From Callorhinchus milii (Eukaryota), in contig NW_024704743.1 in the NCBI RefSeq assembly GCF_018977255.1, positions 92,258,001 through 92,322,000 of the forward strand: DNA of 64,000 bases. Direction: 5' to 3'. Within the stretch, counting starts at the first letter, position 1; each line of letters begins with the position of its first letter. Below, piece by piece: positions 26,221-39,825 of this stretch. The notes under the pieces are model-generated. The model was not told the origin of the DNA, did not search any database, and saw only the letters and a program-made list of their open reading frames with translations. A program made the translations under genes and the position numbers.

Positions 26221-27616
26221 AGTGCCATATGATCTTTATCATCCACCTGAACAGGAAGACAGGACCTCGGTTTAATGTATCATCCTAAGGACAGCACCTC
26301 CAACAATACAGCAAACCCCAGCACTGCACTGGAGTGTCAACCTGGACTGTGAAACAACATATGGAATTAATTTTATTAAAAAAACTGTTGCAAACCTCAT
26401 TCTGTTAGTGCTATAAAATTGATATTTTGAGTGGCACAGCAAAATGCATTATGCTACCAGCCAACACATTATTCTGAATTAAAATTCAACAAACAACCTT
26501 TGTTCCCGCGGATCCGACGATATTGTGTCCTTTTTTGGAATTGGTATTGGGGTTGAAATATGTTTAATTCCTGGGGGCCTAGCATAGCATGTGGCTATTA
26601 CTGCCTTGCAATTCTTCACAATATAGAGAGGCAGCATATAAGCAGTTCATTCAGACCATAATGCAGACATTCAAATGGCAATGTAGACTAGTACTGATGC
26701 TAGGAGCAATTATGAAGTGTTGCACTGGGACCATTCTATAGTCCCTATTCGCAAACCTTTTGCCAATCTGCTTAAAAGCATTTTTTCTTGAAAGTTGCTG
26801 ATCATTTATCCTGCATAAAACCTTTCGGTGATATTTCTCAGACTTATTGTAGAGCACTACAGTTTAACAAAACAACAAAATCAGCTTGAGCAGGGATTTC
26901 ATTAGCTTTTTATGGTGACATAAATGGGGGCACTGAGAACAGTTTGGCTGTGGCAGTGTGTTTGCTTATAGTCCATGCTTTAACCCTTTGTTGCCATGTA
27001 ACCCAGGGAATGAGTTCCAGACCTCAGATGTCTGTTAGAGGTGCCATTGGTTTAATCCAGAGATTAGCAACAGACCTCAATCAAGACTAAAAAATAGAAG
27101 AAATGTTTATTTCTCCTAATTTAGTAGTGGATATGTAGAAAATACTGCCAATAAAAGTATTTTTTGTTTTACTGAATTGTCTCAATAAATAATTATAAAT
27201 CTGGTTGTGAACTATATTGATGGCTATAAATATAGACAGGATGAGATCAACAAAGGAGTGGAGTGAGAGTTTTGGGAGATGGATGAATTTTGTCCATAGA
27301 GGAAAGCAGGTAAAGCTAGTTAAATGACTATTCTGAAGCTATTTTGTCTTGATTACCTTTACGGAGCAGAGAATATTCACCTTTTTTAGGTGTTAAGTGG
27401 ATGGGGCCAAGTCCATGGAAAGTAGGATTTGAGTAGTTTGTGGAGGGAATTGCTTTGATGGACTGATTGATGTTTCTTAAGTGGAGGTGACACAGCCCAC
27501 ATACCATACTTGTGGCAATAGATTGAAAGACACGAAGTGCTGAATTGCTGGATTCTCAACAAAAAAATCCTGCATATGCGACAGGACATCCTCTGGAGTC
27601 CTACTCGGACAATGAT

Positions 27617-28352
27617 CTCAGTTCTTGTTCGACCCTCAACTGTCCTTTCTCCCCCATATCCGTGCCATGACCCGCTCTGCCTTCCCCCACTTCCGCAACA
27701 TTACCCGGCTCCACCACTGCCTCACCCCTCAGGCCGCCGAAACCCTCATTCACGTATTCATCACATCTAGGCTTGACTACTCCAACTCCCTCCTTGTAGG
27801 CCTCCCCGACTCTTCTCTTCACAAACTGCAGATCATCCAGAACTCTGCAGCTCGTGTCCTTTCCTGCACCAGGCTCCGTGACCTCATCACCCCCACCCTT
27901 GCCAGGCTCCACTGGCTCCCCATCCCTCAGAGGATGTAGTACAAAATTCTCATCCTCACTTTCAATGCCATCCATGGCCTTGCCCCTTCCTATTTCTTTG
28001 ACCTGCTAACCCCCATCAATCTGTCCACTCCGTCCATTCAGCAGTCTCCGGTCTACTTCATGTCTCCAGCCCGACTCGCCCTACCATTGGCGGCCAGGTT
28101 TTCAGCCTCTCTGGCCCCACCCTTTGGAACTCCATCCCACAGTCCCTTTGCCTTGCTCCCTCTCTTGCCTCCTTCAAGGCACGACTCAAGACCCCCCTTT
28201 TCGACCATGCCTTCAGCCGTCCTTCATCTCTCTGCCCACCCTCATCCCAACCCTGGCACCCCCATGCTCGGGTCCTAATCCCCAACTGTTCAGCACCTTG
28301 CGACATCCTCCTGGCATGAAAGGCATTTTACGAATGTAATTTTGTTGTTGTT
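27617..28352 (+). mobile_element. 5'-truncated L2 (lineage A)
   Basis: Peptide FDPQLSF...[35 protein letters not shown]; (gtt)n tail. Confidence 0.93.
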
Positions 28353-28580
28353 ATTCTAACTTTTGTGAAGTCAGCCTAGTGGGGCTTGTTGGGGCTTCAA
28401 AGGACTTATTCAATTGAGGTGTAAAAGAACTTGTCCATTGTCTTTGGGGCAATGCCTTTGAGATCCTTACCTTTCATCACATTCACACCCGAGCATGAAC
28501 AGCAGGAAGACAATGTTACTTTCAACTATTTCTCATATTTCACGGAGCCCCTGCTTTTGACTGCTATGTATGCATATGGA

Positions 28581-28765
28581 AAAAAAGAATAATAAATTGG
28601 TCACGTCAATCGATGACTGTTTGTGGGACACTGCTTTGCGCAATAGGCTGCCACATTTCACCCACCAATATATAGTCAATCCACTTTACAGTCTATTCTG
28701 TGAAGTGCTTTGAGACGTCTAGAAGATGTGAAAAGCGCTATATCAAATGCAAGGACTATTATTAT
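28581..28765 (+). mobile_element. 5'-truncated SINE type A
   Basis: Deu-like 3' part and L2 tail. Confidence 0.85.
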
Positions 28766-29269
28766 ATGTGGCCCAGCAGCTTTTGATTTAAAAGATTATT
28801 AGAGTGACATTTTGTTTCGCCTGTGATTTGTAATGAGTGTTACATAAATGTTGACATTTATTTCTGATTTAAGTATTCAGGCAGGGCCAGAATATAACAT
28901 CTCTAACTTTGCAAAAACATGCTTAAATTCCATTATTATCGGTGGAGATTTTCTGCATCACTTCTGTCCTCATCTCTCTGGGATGTTGAAACTGGTTTCT
29001 TTGAGGAAGATCTCATCTTGAACAGACAGACTCAACAACTAGTTGACAGACTCAACAACTAGAGGCTGGGGACCAGGAGCAAAATATCATTTGCTGAAGA
29101 GTAAATTAGAGAAAAAAATATTTGGACACATTATTCTTTAAAAACAAAGAAATAAAATCATTTGGCTTATTATTTTCATTTTTGGCCTTCAGACAGAATG
29201 GTATATTTCATCTTTATTGGTGATTCAAGTTTTTGGCTCTCTCCAAGCTCTCTGATTCTATATCTCCAT

Positions 29270-29480
29270 AAACTCTGGAAACTTCCTTCCTCTTCCCCTC
29301 TGTCTTGTTCCCCTATTGGTCAAGTCCTTCAAATTCCTGTCTTACAACTTGCCACTTTGACTGCACCTATGGTCACCTCCCCCTTACCCCTCGCCATGCT
29401 CGTCTGTCCCTGGCATTCTAAAGTGCTCCAAGACGTTATTCTAAATGAAGGGCACCATATACATGCAAGTTGTTGTTGTT
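29270..29480 (+). mobile_element. L2 (lineage B) 3' end
   Basis: 'aaactctggaa..cttcc' and 'gaagggcaccatatacatgcaagttgttgttg' tail. Confidence 0.75.
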
Positions 29481-31424
29481 GGGATATCAGCTAGACCACA
29501 CATGATATTGAAATATTCTAATTGTGTGTTACATAAGGCTGTGCGTGTGTGTGTGTTTGGCGGGGGTCCGGGGGCAGAGAAGCAGCCTTACAATTCACGC
29601 TCTGAGTGGAGAAATGCTAGCAGATTAAAGGAAGCTTCTTTCTATATTACCTCCTAACATCAGCAAAATGAAACTCAGTTTATTTGTTAGATGGAATGAA
29701 ATCATAAAATAAGCACTAAGCTGATACCAAACAAACCAGAAATGACACTGGGATGTAGTTTACATTGATTTCTATCGGCACTACATCTGTGTAATGGGAT
29801 TTCCTCTGTTTTTGTGGCCAGCATGAAATAGACTTCAGCATTTATTATTATTCTATTTATTGTATTGAAGTTTTGCAGTTTTTTTAACTGTTGGGGATGA
29901 TGATAACCTTAGTTCTTGTTATCTTTACATTTGTTCTGCATTCAGCAGTCATTTCACCTTCAATACACTTGAATTTCTTTTCACAGCCTTGCTGCCAGAT
30001 AATTTTGCTCTTGGCATTCTTCTTTTGCCTAACACTATTGATATTTTCATCATTGTTGAGCTGCTTTAATTAAACTGGTGCAAGTTCAGCTGCTCTAAAG
30101 CTTTCTTTGGGTCAAAATTCTAGGTCTCTCAGGAGTCTCACATACACGTCTCTCTCCGCCTTCCAATGTATATCGATCACGAACTAGTAATTCGCACAGT
30201 TCACCAAACTTGCCAGGATTTTTCTCAGATTTCTCGAACTTTCTTCTGGGGAATTGCTTAGACATCACATGGCTTGTGCCACCACCCTACAGCTGAAATG
30301 GACAACTGTTTTGTGCAAACTCACCTCCTGCCTCACTGAGACTTGGCTTTGCTGCTTTGAATCCAATTCAATTGGATTTGATGTAGAATTAAAGAAGGTG
30401 GCAGCATTGGAACAATCAGGCCATTTGGCCTATTATATCTGTGTTCATATTTATCTCCACATAGAATCAGAGAATCATAGAACTACAGCACAGAAGGAAA
30501 ATTCAACCCATTGTGCTGGCTCTTTGAAAGAGCTATCCAATTAGTCCCACTCTCCTGCTCTTTCTCTATAACCTCACAATTTTTTTCCAAGTATATATGA
30601 AAACTAAACCTTCAGAATTTTTTTTAGTTTTAGATTAAACTCCATTTTTTGTATTCTGTGCCTCTGGATAAGATTTCTGGTTGTCCTTATTGCGCTGAAT
30701 ATCTGCTTTGCCACCTTTAATGACCTGTGTGTTGGCACATCAAAGATCTATTGTTGCCCTATTCCATTCCAAACCCTGTCACTTCAGGTGCATTTTTTTC
30801 TCATGTGGTTTAAATTTCGTAACATCGTGAGTGCATTGTACATGGACATGCTGGAATCAGACCTCATTCAACTTCTGTCTGGTTGGTTTTCTCTCAGTTT
30901 TTGTTTATTAAAAATCCCATTAACCTGCAGTTGAATGTTGGCATCATTGAGTATAATTATGATTCTTGCATTTGTTATAGCATGTTTAACACCTGGAGGA
31001 TGTCTTCAAGCACTTCACAGAACATATGTAAAGTGTGGTGACTGTATTTTGCAGGTGAACGTGTCAGCCAATTTGCTCACAGCAATATCCTAGAAATAGC
31101 CAACAAAGTGAATGGCCAATTTTTATCTGGTGGGATTGTTGACCAGAGTTATTGGCTATTGTTGTGAAGGGGAGGTGTGGGGATGGGCACAGCCAACACA
31201 GATCCAGAATAAATACATTAATAATCATTGATGTTAAATCACAGTTTTGGTGCTCATTATCACTTTACTTCTTCCATACTTGCAGTTTTGATTGCTAATG
31301 ATATTATACTTGTCATGTAATACATTTACCTATGGCCTTGTGTTATTCATCTAATTTGTTGCTCACAAAAATGTAACTGTCCTTCCTGCATGATTTATGT
31401 ATTTATCCTGCCACTAGATTTTAA

Positions 31425-32228
31425 ACAATTGCATTTCTTAAATGGCAGACCATTATTTCCACACTTCACTGTTGCAGATTCATTGCCTGTGAAGCTTCAG
31501 AGTGAATAGATTTGAACATTTTTAATAAATCATCTTGGCCTCCGGGTTAATCAGGGACATTGTTTTACAAAGTCGGACAATACACTCAATGGACTGAGTG
31601 ATGATCATAATTTTCATTTTCAAGAAGTTGAATATTTTGCTACCATGGCAACAGTCAAATCTGATTGCTTGTGTTGTAATCAGTTCACCTACAAAGTACA
31701 CATTCACTACACTTTACAGAAAAATCCTGTGAAGTGTTTTGAGACTACCGGTGAACATGAAACATGCTATATTAAATACAAGGACTATTATTATGATTAT
31801 AATAGAATTTTTTGCAATGGGACCTAAAATACAGAAATTGCAATCTGGATTTGCAAAGAAATCAATGATGAAATCCCATTGGGAACCAGATGTACAAGAC
31901 TTCAATCCGCGAAATTCCAACATTTCCAGAAAGAAATTTTGCATGAGCAGAAAGGATTCTCCTTTGAAAATTCAGCTCCTACATTTTAGACCCAATTGCC
32001 TTTACACTTCAGGGACCATATGGTATCACAAATGATCACAAATTATGATCATCACTCAGTCCATTGAGTGTATTGTCCGACTTTGTAAAACAATGTCCCT
32101 GATTAACCCGGAGGCCAAGATGATTTATTAAAATTGTTCAAATCTATTCACTCTGAAGCTTCACAGGCAATGAATCTGCAACAGTGAAGTGTGGAAATAA
32201 TGGTCTGCCATTTAAGAAATGCAATTGT
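31425..32228. repeat. Inverted repeat: 189-bp arms (31425-31613, 32040-32228), 426-bp spacer
   Basis: Arms are reverse complements, with one mismatch seen by eye. Confidence 0.95.
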
Positions 32229-33334
32229 GCAGGGAGAAAGTCACAAAGTGCATGCCAGTTACACTCTGTGAGTTCTGTTCCACAACTCTCCCCCCTCCCC
32301 CTCTCTCTCTATCCAGCAGGGCACCTCCAGAGGGTGCTTCCCACCCTTCAACGCTTTAGCTTGCCCATTACACAGAGCATGGAGCTGGGTGGGAAGTTAT
32401 GAATGGCCCAATGCAAATAATTAATTGGTTAGAATTGTACCCATTTTAAGCAGCATCCAGACAAGTTCCAGTCTGATACAACCACTGTCACCTTTTCCCC
32501 TCCTCCAGCATTACCTGCCCACTCAGACATGGACTAGTTTCCTGCATTTCCATGTTTTGGCAGGTACCTGACCAACCCTGAGAGTGCAGTTCTCCTGGAT
32601 GGAATCTGTTTGATTCTAGCTGAGGTGATTAATTCTGGAGTCCTATGTGAAAAGTTTGAAGAGCCTGAATGAGTACTGTGTCAGTACAAAACTACCCATA
32701 ATTTATGTATAACTGTTTGCTTTGCTGGTTTGAGCTTTGTTATATTTCTTTTTGACCCATAACTGATAGCAATTATTCTACTAATATCTCATGTTCCACA
32801 CAATCTGTTAATACCTGAGAGATTGATAAATGGGGATTCATAGTTCTTCATTTCTGTTTTGTTAACAGAGTTGCAACAAAATCAATGTGTTTGTTAATGT
32901 GTTCCTTGTCTTAATTAACACTCATTAAGGAACATAACAAATCTATGCATCTTCCTTAATTCTCAGAACCTGGCTCCATGCCTTTGACTGCTGCCCCAGG
33001 GATCGCAATATTGCACTGTTGGTTGGCACAGTAGCCAAGAAAATTAAAGTTAAGTAGGCATCACATTAACAAGCAGACTAATGCTTTGGGCATAACTACT
33101 GTGACAAACTCAGGGCAGGGGTCACGCCCTGTAGTTATATAAATACTAAAGACTTGGGATAAATCATGTATTTAAACAAATTCATTGTGAGATCATGAAC
33201 TACATATGCAACCTGTCAGCTCTGCTCTGGTTTCTGTCCTCAATTGCCCACTAGCTAATGGGAGTATTCTGGAAGGATGAGATCAGTGGGCCAAATGGCC
33301 TCTTCATCCAAAGCAAACAGAATGCTGGTCTATA

Positions 33335-34268
33335 TTACTAAATCAGTTGAGTTTAGATTCCTGGATGTCATCTTCAGGTTGAACAGTGCTCTGGTCAGAC
33401 CACAACTTGAACACTGCATACATATCTGGACACTGTGACATAAGAGGGCTGTCCAAGACCCAGAAGCAATGGAGAGGACAGCAACAAGGATAATCCCCAG
33501 TGTTAGAGGAATGAGCTATGAGCAACGACTAGACAATCTGGGGCTCTTGAGTCTTGAGAGATGATGACTCAGAGAGGACATCATAGAGGTGTCCGAAATT
33601 TTAAATGGGACTGAAAAAATAAACCCAGATCAATACTTTAGGATGTACCAATTCAGTAGAACAAGAGGAATAAAACAACAATAAATTACACTTGTACAAC
33701 GCCCTTCACATCGGAAAGATGTCCCAGGGCGCTATAAGTTTAGAGTTGTAAATAAAAATTTCAGGACAGGTAGAAAGTTTTTCTTTCTGCAGAGGGTAAT
33801 CAACGACTGGAACAGGTTGTCAGAAAAGGTGGCAGAGCCCCGAACACTGGATTCCAGAACAGTGGAGTCCTGTAGCTCAGTGGTTAGAGCACGTGCCTCT
33901 CAAGTGAGAGACCTGGGTTCGATTCCCGGCAGGGCAAAACCTTGGCCAAGTTTCCTTACTCCACACGCCTAATAATAATCCCTCAAGAAAAAAATAATAA
34001 ATTGTTTACTTCAATCCATGACTGTTTGTGGGACACTGCTGTGCGCAATTTGGCTGCCGCATTTCGCCCACAGATATACAGTCAATTCACTTTACAGTAT
34101 ATTCTGTGAAGCGCTTTGAGAAGTCTAGAAGACGTGAAAAGCGCGATATCAAATGCAAGCATTATTATTATTATTTAAAACATAGCTTAATGCAGTGTTC
34201 TGGAGGGATGAGATCAGATGGGATGAAGGGCCTTCTTCATTCTTCAAAACCAATATGATCTTGTGATT
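33335..34268 (+). mobile_element. CR1 3' region interrupted by an antisense L2 tail (33674-33732) and a SINE
   Basis: 'gctggtcagaccacaacttgaacactg', 'cttgagagatgatgactcagagaggacatcatagaggtg', 'gagggtaatcaacgactggaacagg'; resumes at ~34190. Confidence 0.82.
33862..34173 (+). mobile_element. Full-length SINE type A
   Basis: A box, canonical B box GGTTCGATTCC, (att)n tail. Confidence 0.92.
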
Positions 34269-34517
34269 TTGTTATCCTTTTTTGCAATCTTCTGGTTGCG
34301 CCTTAGAATTTCTCTACTACGGTGCTGTTCCCATTCATAGAGATCAGCATTTGCGTGCAGCTAAAAACAGTTAACTTGGTTAAATTGGTGGAATTCTGTG
34401 AAGCAGCACTCATGTAAAGCCTCCAAGGTTTAAAATCAAAGTACAGCTGAGAACCAAGTGATTTAAAAAATATATAAAGTGCAGAAAGGGCTGAGCTCTG
34501 GGGTTTCCGTTCCCTGA

Positions 34518-35310
34518 CCAGCATATGAGGGTCTTGGCGGCCTGCGGTGTGAGACAGTAACGGAGCCGGGCGATGTTGCGGAGGTGGGGGAATGCAGAGC
34601 GGGTCATGGCACTGATGTGGGGTAGAAAGGATAGTTGAGGATCAAAAAAGACACCAAGGCTCTAGAGTGCCTCAGTGAGGTGGAGTGTGCATCCTTGGAT
34701 TGTGATTCTGTCAAGGCCTGAGGTGTGGAGGCGCTGACGGGAGCCAATCAGGAGAGCCTCGGTCTTGTTGACGTTCAACTGAAGAAAGTTAGCTCTCATC
34801 CAGGATTTAATGTCTGACAGAAATTCTGTCAGGACAGCAGTGGTCCTGGAGTCAAGGGTGGAGGCTGAGAGATACAGTTCAGTATCATCCACATACATGT
34901 GAAAGTTGACTCCATGTCGGCAGATGATGTCACCAAGAGGGAGCATATAGATATTGAATAGGAGGGGACCAAGGACAGAACATTGAGGAACACCAAACGA
35001 GATGGTGCGGGGGCTAGAGGAGAAACTGTTTGTGGAGATGAAGTGGAGATTGGTGTGAGAGTTAGGTTCTGAACCATTCAAGGACCGAACCATGAAGGTT
35101 GAGGTGAGAGGCGATATGGTGGAGGAAGGTAGAGTTGTCCACTGTATTGAAGGCAGCAGAGAGGTCAAGGAGGACGAGGAAGCAGAGGGAGCCTTGGTCA
35201 CAGATGGACAGAATATCATTTGTTACTTTGACCAAAGCTGTTTCTGTACTGTGCGTGGCACAGAAACCTGATTGGAGGGGTTTGTGAAGCATAATCGTAT
35301 TTGGCTTGGT
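34518..35310 (-). mobile_element. L2 RT-domain fragment (no 3' tail)
   Basis: Peptides [41 protein letters not shown]; frameshifted. Confidence 0.93.
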
Positions 35311-35320
35311 GAAAATGATA

Positions 35321-35621
35321 TAATAATAATATAATAATCCTTGCATTTGGTATAGCGCTTTTCATGTCTTCTCGATGTCTCAAAGCTCTTCACAGAATAT
35401 GCTGTAAAGTGAATTCACCATATATTTGTGGGCGAAATGCGGTAGCCAATTGCACACAGGAGTGTCATGGATTGAAAAATGACCAATTTATTATTGTTTT
35501 GGCGGGATTATTATTAGGCGTGTGGAGTAAGGAAACTTGCCCAAGGTTTTGCCCTGCCTGGAATTGAATCCAGGTGTCGCTTACAAGATGAGTGCTCTAA
35601 CCACTGAGCTACAGGACTCCA
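35321..35621 (-). mobile_element. Full-length SINE type A
   Basis: Reverse complement of the type A consensus. Confidence 0.9.
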
Positions 35622-36154
35622 ATGTCATTTAAAATGGAGCATCAATATATTACTTGAGAGGTTGGTCTATTTTTCCCTTCTCTCCCACTTTCACCCAACC
35701 ACATCCAGCAGGTTCACTATCCTTGTTTAAAATGTCTTCCTTAAATATTGCGAGAGCATATGAGGTAAATATCATTACTGTTTCATCATCTAATCACTCG
35801 GAAATGCAAGGTACTTGCATTTAATGAGGCATTCCTGGTTTTGTTTGCTGCCAAGGTAGCAGAAGTAATATAACATGTCACAGTCTTGAGGACATTTAAC
35901 TGATCTGAAATCAACCAGTGTATGGAATTTGAAATAGATACGAACATCAGATTGAACATCTGACATATGAACTCCACAATACGTTGTCTCTTAGGCCATG
36001 ATAACATCCTATCCTGTGTTAATAAAGGCATGTGAGCCTTTAAGCAGCAACGTGCAGTAAGTTAAAATTATTTGAAATTTCAACAACTTGATAGCAAGTT
36101 TCTGCTTCAATAATCAATGCTAAAAATGGTTTTGCACTTATATTAGGTCTTTAA

Positions 36155-37535
36155 CCCTTCAGTCAGGTTTCCGTGCTGCCCATAGCACAGAAACTGCCCT
36201 GGTCAAGGTCACCAACGATATCCTGACCATCTGTGACCAGGGCTCCCTCTGTCTCCTCGTCCTCCTCGACCTATCGGCAGCATTCGATACGGTCGACCAC
36301 GCTATCCTACTCCACCGCTTGTCCTCCCACCTCAACCTTCAAGGCACTGTCCTTGAATGGTTTAGGTCGTACCTTTCTCACCGTCTTCACTTTGTCTCGA
36401 CGAATGGCTTCTCCTCCACCCCCCGCACTGTCTCATGTGGTGTCCCTCAGGGCTCTGTCCTTGGTCCCCTCCTCTTCACCCTCTATATGCTCCCCCTTGG
36501 TGACATCATCCGCAGACATGGAGTTAACTTCCACATGTATGCGGATGACACCCAACTCTACCTTTCCTCCTCTACTCTCAACTCCACGACCACCGATGTC
36601 CTGACAGCCTGCCTGTCCGACATCGAGTCCTGGACGAGAGACAACTTTCTTCAGCTCAACGTGCGAAAAACCGAGGCCCTCCTGATTGGCTCACGTCAGC
36701 GCCTCCGCACCTCAGGCGCTGACACCATCAGCATCCAAGGCTGCACTCTCCACCTCTCAAAGCCAGTCAGGAACCTCGGCGTTTTGTTCGACCCTGAGCT
36801 GTCCTTTCTCCCTCACATCCGCACCACAACTGGCACCGCCTTCCATCACCTCCGGAACATCGCCAGACTACGGCACTACCTCACCCCTCACGCTGCTGAA
36901 ACCCTGGTTCACGCCTTTGTCACCTCAAGGCTGGACTATGGGAACTCTCTCCTCGCCGGCCTTCCCGCCACCTCCCTCCACAAGCTGCAGGTCATTCAGA
37001 ACTCTGCAGCTCGTGTACTGTCCCGCACCAGGCTTCGCGACCACATCACTCCCACCCTCGCTCGCCTCCACTGGCTCCCCATCCCCCAGAGGATTGATTT
37101 CAAGATCCTCATCCTCACCTACAAGGCCATTCACGGCCTTGCTCCCTCCTACCTCTCCAACCTACTATCCCCCTACCTACCTGCCCGTACCCTCCGTTCC
37201 TCTGGCTCCGGTCTGCTCCACGTCCCCCGCCCCAACCGCCCTACCATCGGTGGTCGGGCCTTCAGCCTCTCAGCCCCCAGGCTCTGGAACTCCATCCCCC
37301 AGTGCCTTCGCCGCCTCCTCCCTTTCCTCCTTCAAGGCCGGTCTCAAGACCTTTCTCTTTGACCGTGCCTTCAGCTCCCCTCTCGACTCTCTTCCCCCTC
37401 CTCGCTCCCTCCCTTCCCTCCCCTCACCCTGACCATTTACCCCCTGCTCGGGTCATGACCCAACTGTGCAGCGCCTTGGGACGTCCTCCTGACGTGAAAG
37501 GCGCTTTATAAATGGAATCTTGTTGTTGTTGTTGT
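36155..37535 (+). mobile_element. Young 5'-truncated L2 (lineage A) with nearly intact RT coding region
   Basis: Frame open from ~36157: [57 protein letters not shown]; 2-bp deletion near 37312 relative to the copy at 49729; stem-loop 37470-37505; (gtt)n tail. Confidence 0.97.
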
Positions 37536-38739
37536 TTAAGATTCCATTTTTATTATTGACCCACTTTCTCATCGTAACATTGCAGTGTGGAACCTTCCTC
37601 CAGGCATTTGGTGTGTTCAGTGTAGTGGAACAATATCTTAAACATATACACATGTTTTTGAGGAGAAGCATTTCTTATAAATGCATTTTCCTTCTCCAAT
37701 TATGGTTTTTCTTGTACCTACAGCATCATCCCTGGCTGAGAATACAGACAGATAGTCTGCTCATAAAGCTCTAGAACTGAAATTAGAAACACAATGAAGT
37801 CATTTCTCCCTGTGTTGGAGTACAGCTCACAGGTGCCTCAAGCCATTTAGCCCCGTTGTTACAGGTGTTGGAAATGAGATCCTGCTGCTGGAAAAGTTAA
37901 GAGTAAGTATTCAGTTAAATAGGTCTTGGGGGAATCAAACGGATAGTTTATACTTATTACATGAATCTGTGGTTGTAGACTAATCATGCTAATCTATTTA
38001 TTTGAGATGTCTCGAAGACGTGATAAGGCGCTATATCAAATGGAAGGATTATTATTTTTATGATTGTTATTATTATTGTTTCTCAATGACTGTAATTTGC
38101 AGTTATATTTTTTGTGTATTCTATGCACTTTGTATTCATATTTACATGTGTTGAATGCTTCCATCAATTGTTGCATGCATGAATAGTTTTTTATTTTAGA
38201 ATGTGCAAGGATTATTATTGTATAGTTTATTGATTTTGATTAGCAAATGTATATGGTAGGAATACAATAGAGAGGATTGCTATGGTCGGAAGAATGAAAG
38301 CATGGGACATTTCTGGGACACATAAATATTATATTTTGGAGAATTATATCCATGGTCACACTTCCAATCCATCTGAGTGGTGATTCAACCTTAATATTAC
38401 ACCAATCCCCTCATTAGTCCACGTGAAGGACCTTGCAAATAAGAAGAACAGTGCATGCTTTTCAATGGGATACATCCAGAAATGTACTACCTTTCACCAC
38501 TGTAAGCTTGTTATCAAACCCTGAACTCAAGCGAGGGGTGAGAGAGGAGGGGAAATGTGTGCTGTCCCAGCATTTTGTTTCATCAGCTGGATCTCTGTCA
38601 CAGCTGGAAATTCATTAAGAGTATCCAAACCCAACCAAGAATTCAATGCATCCCACCTACACTTGGAAATTCCAGAGATAAATTGTTGGAATGGAATGTG
38701 CATCCTGTTTACGTAATACCAGAATTTATTAGGTAAAGG

Positions 38740-39107
38740 TTGGCATAAGCCAAGGCTTGGGGACCCCAGGGTGTGCGTTGGGGTACTGCTGGAGTCTAAC
38801 CAACAAAACTAATTACCTTGCCATTGATAGCACTGCTTGGCAAGCTTTACCACTGCTTGTCCGGCTAGGATCATCCTAATCATTAGGGCTTTGGCTTGCA
38901 GGGTTAATAGAAACTGAGTGGAAGGATTCCCCATCTCCAATGATGAGTCCGCCCTTCCATGTCCTGGTAGATGAGCAGGGCTGGCTGTTCTGTCATCAGC
39001 AGTGCCCTGGAGTACTGTGGACCCGCCTGGCTCAAACATGTCACCTTAGAGACAGTTCAGCTCCAAGAAGAAGATCCAACATGTCTCCCCCAAGGAGGAG
39101 AACAGTT
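38740..39107. repeat. Unclassified interspersed repeat, copy 2 (inverted relative to copy 1)
   Basis: Reverse-complement homology to ~21580-21995. Confidence 0.75.
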
Positions 39108-39825
39108 ATTCATATTTGATACTGAATTTCTCTTGTTTAGTTCAGTGTCAGCTCCTGTAGATGCATTTTGTAAATTGAACACTTGACATTATAGAGGTGT
39201 TCTTCACTAAGAATAGAACAACAAGTAGATGGATTGGAGGTGGCGGCAGATAGGACTAACAACAAGAATCGGATAAGAACTGAGTCTCCCTCCAGATGGG
39301 TTAACAACAACACCAACTTGCATTTATATAGCTCCCTTCACACGGGGTAGCGTCCTGGAGTGCTTAGCAACTGGTGCAAGAATTCTACTTAAGGCAATGC
39401 AAGGACAAAAAAGCACAGAGCGCATGGTAAACTCATGCTCTCGGTGAAGAGGACTTTAGTTAGGGCATGGTACCTTCTTCAAATACTTCAACCAATGTTG
39501 TACAGGAGTAGGCACAGACTGATGTGGGCAAGTCTCCCACATTGGTTTATGTGCTACTGGGGCTGGGGGCACAATGTCTTTTTTGGAATAGGTCAGGAAA
39601 GATAAGTAAAGCTGTAGCAAGGGATGATTCATCTCGAATTTTTTTGGTTATCTTTAGCAATTATAGAATATCTAGGCTAAACTTTTTCGCAGGAGATAGA
39701 ATGGCTGAGAAGGAGTCAACAGGATAGTTTGTGCAAAGGATAGGTTTGATAATAATAGTATAATAATACAATACAATACAAAATTACATTGTACAGCCCC
39801 TTTCACGTCCCAAGGCTCTGGGATG

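Larger units (their letters stand above)
25600..26345 (-). mobile_element. Deu-domain SINE split by a microsatellite and a type A SINE
   Basis: Antisense Deu sequence at 25600-25806 resumes at ~26221 ('agtgccatatgatct'). Confidence 0.82.

Noticed and set aside
31425..32228. MITE interpretation of the inverted repeat
   Set aside because: No TSD at the outer ends and the spacer holds older ordinary genomic sequence; kept as an inverted duplication instead.
36319..37362. 347-aa ORF as a functional gene
   Set aside because: It is a 5'-truncated L2 ORF2 with no ATG start or endonuclease domain and a terminal frameshift.
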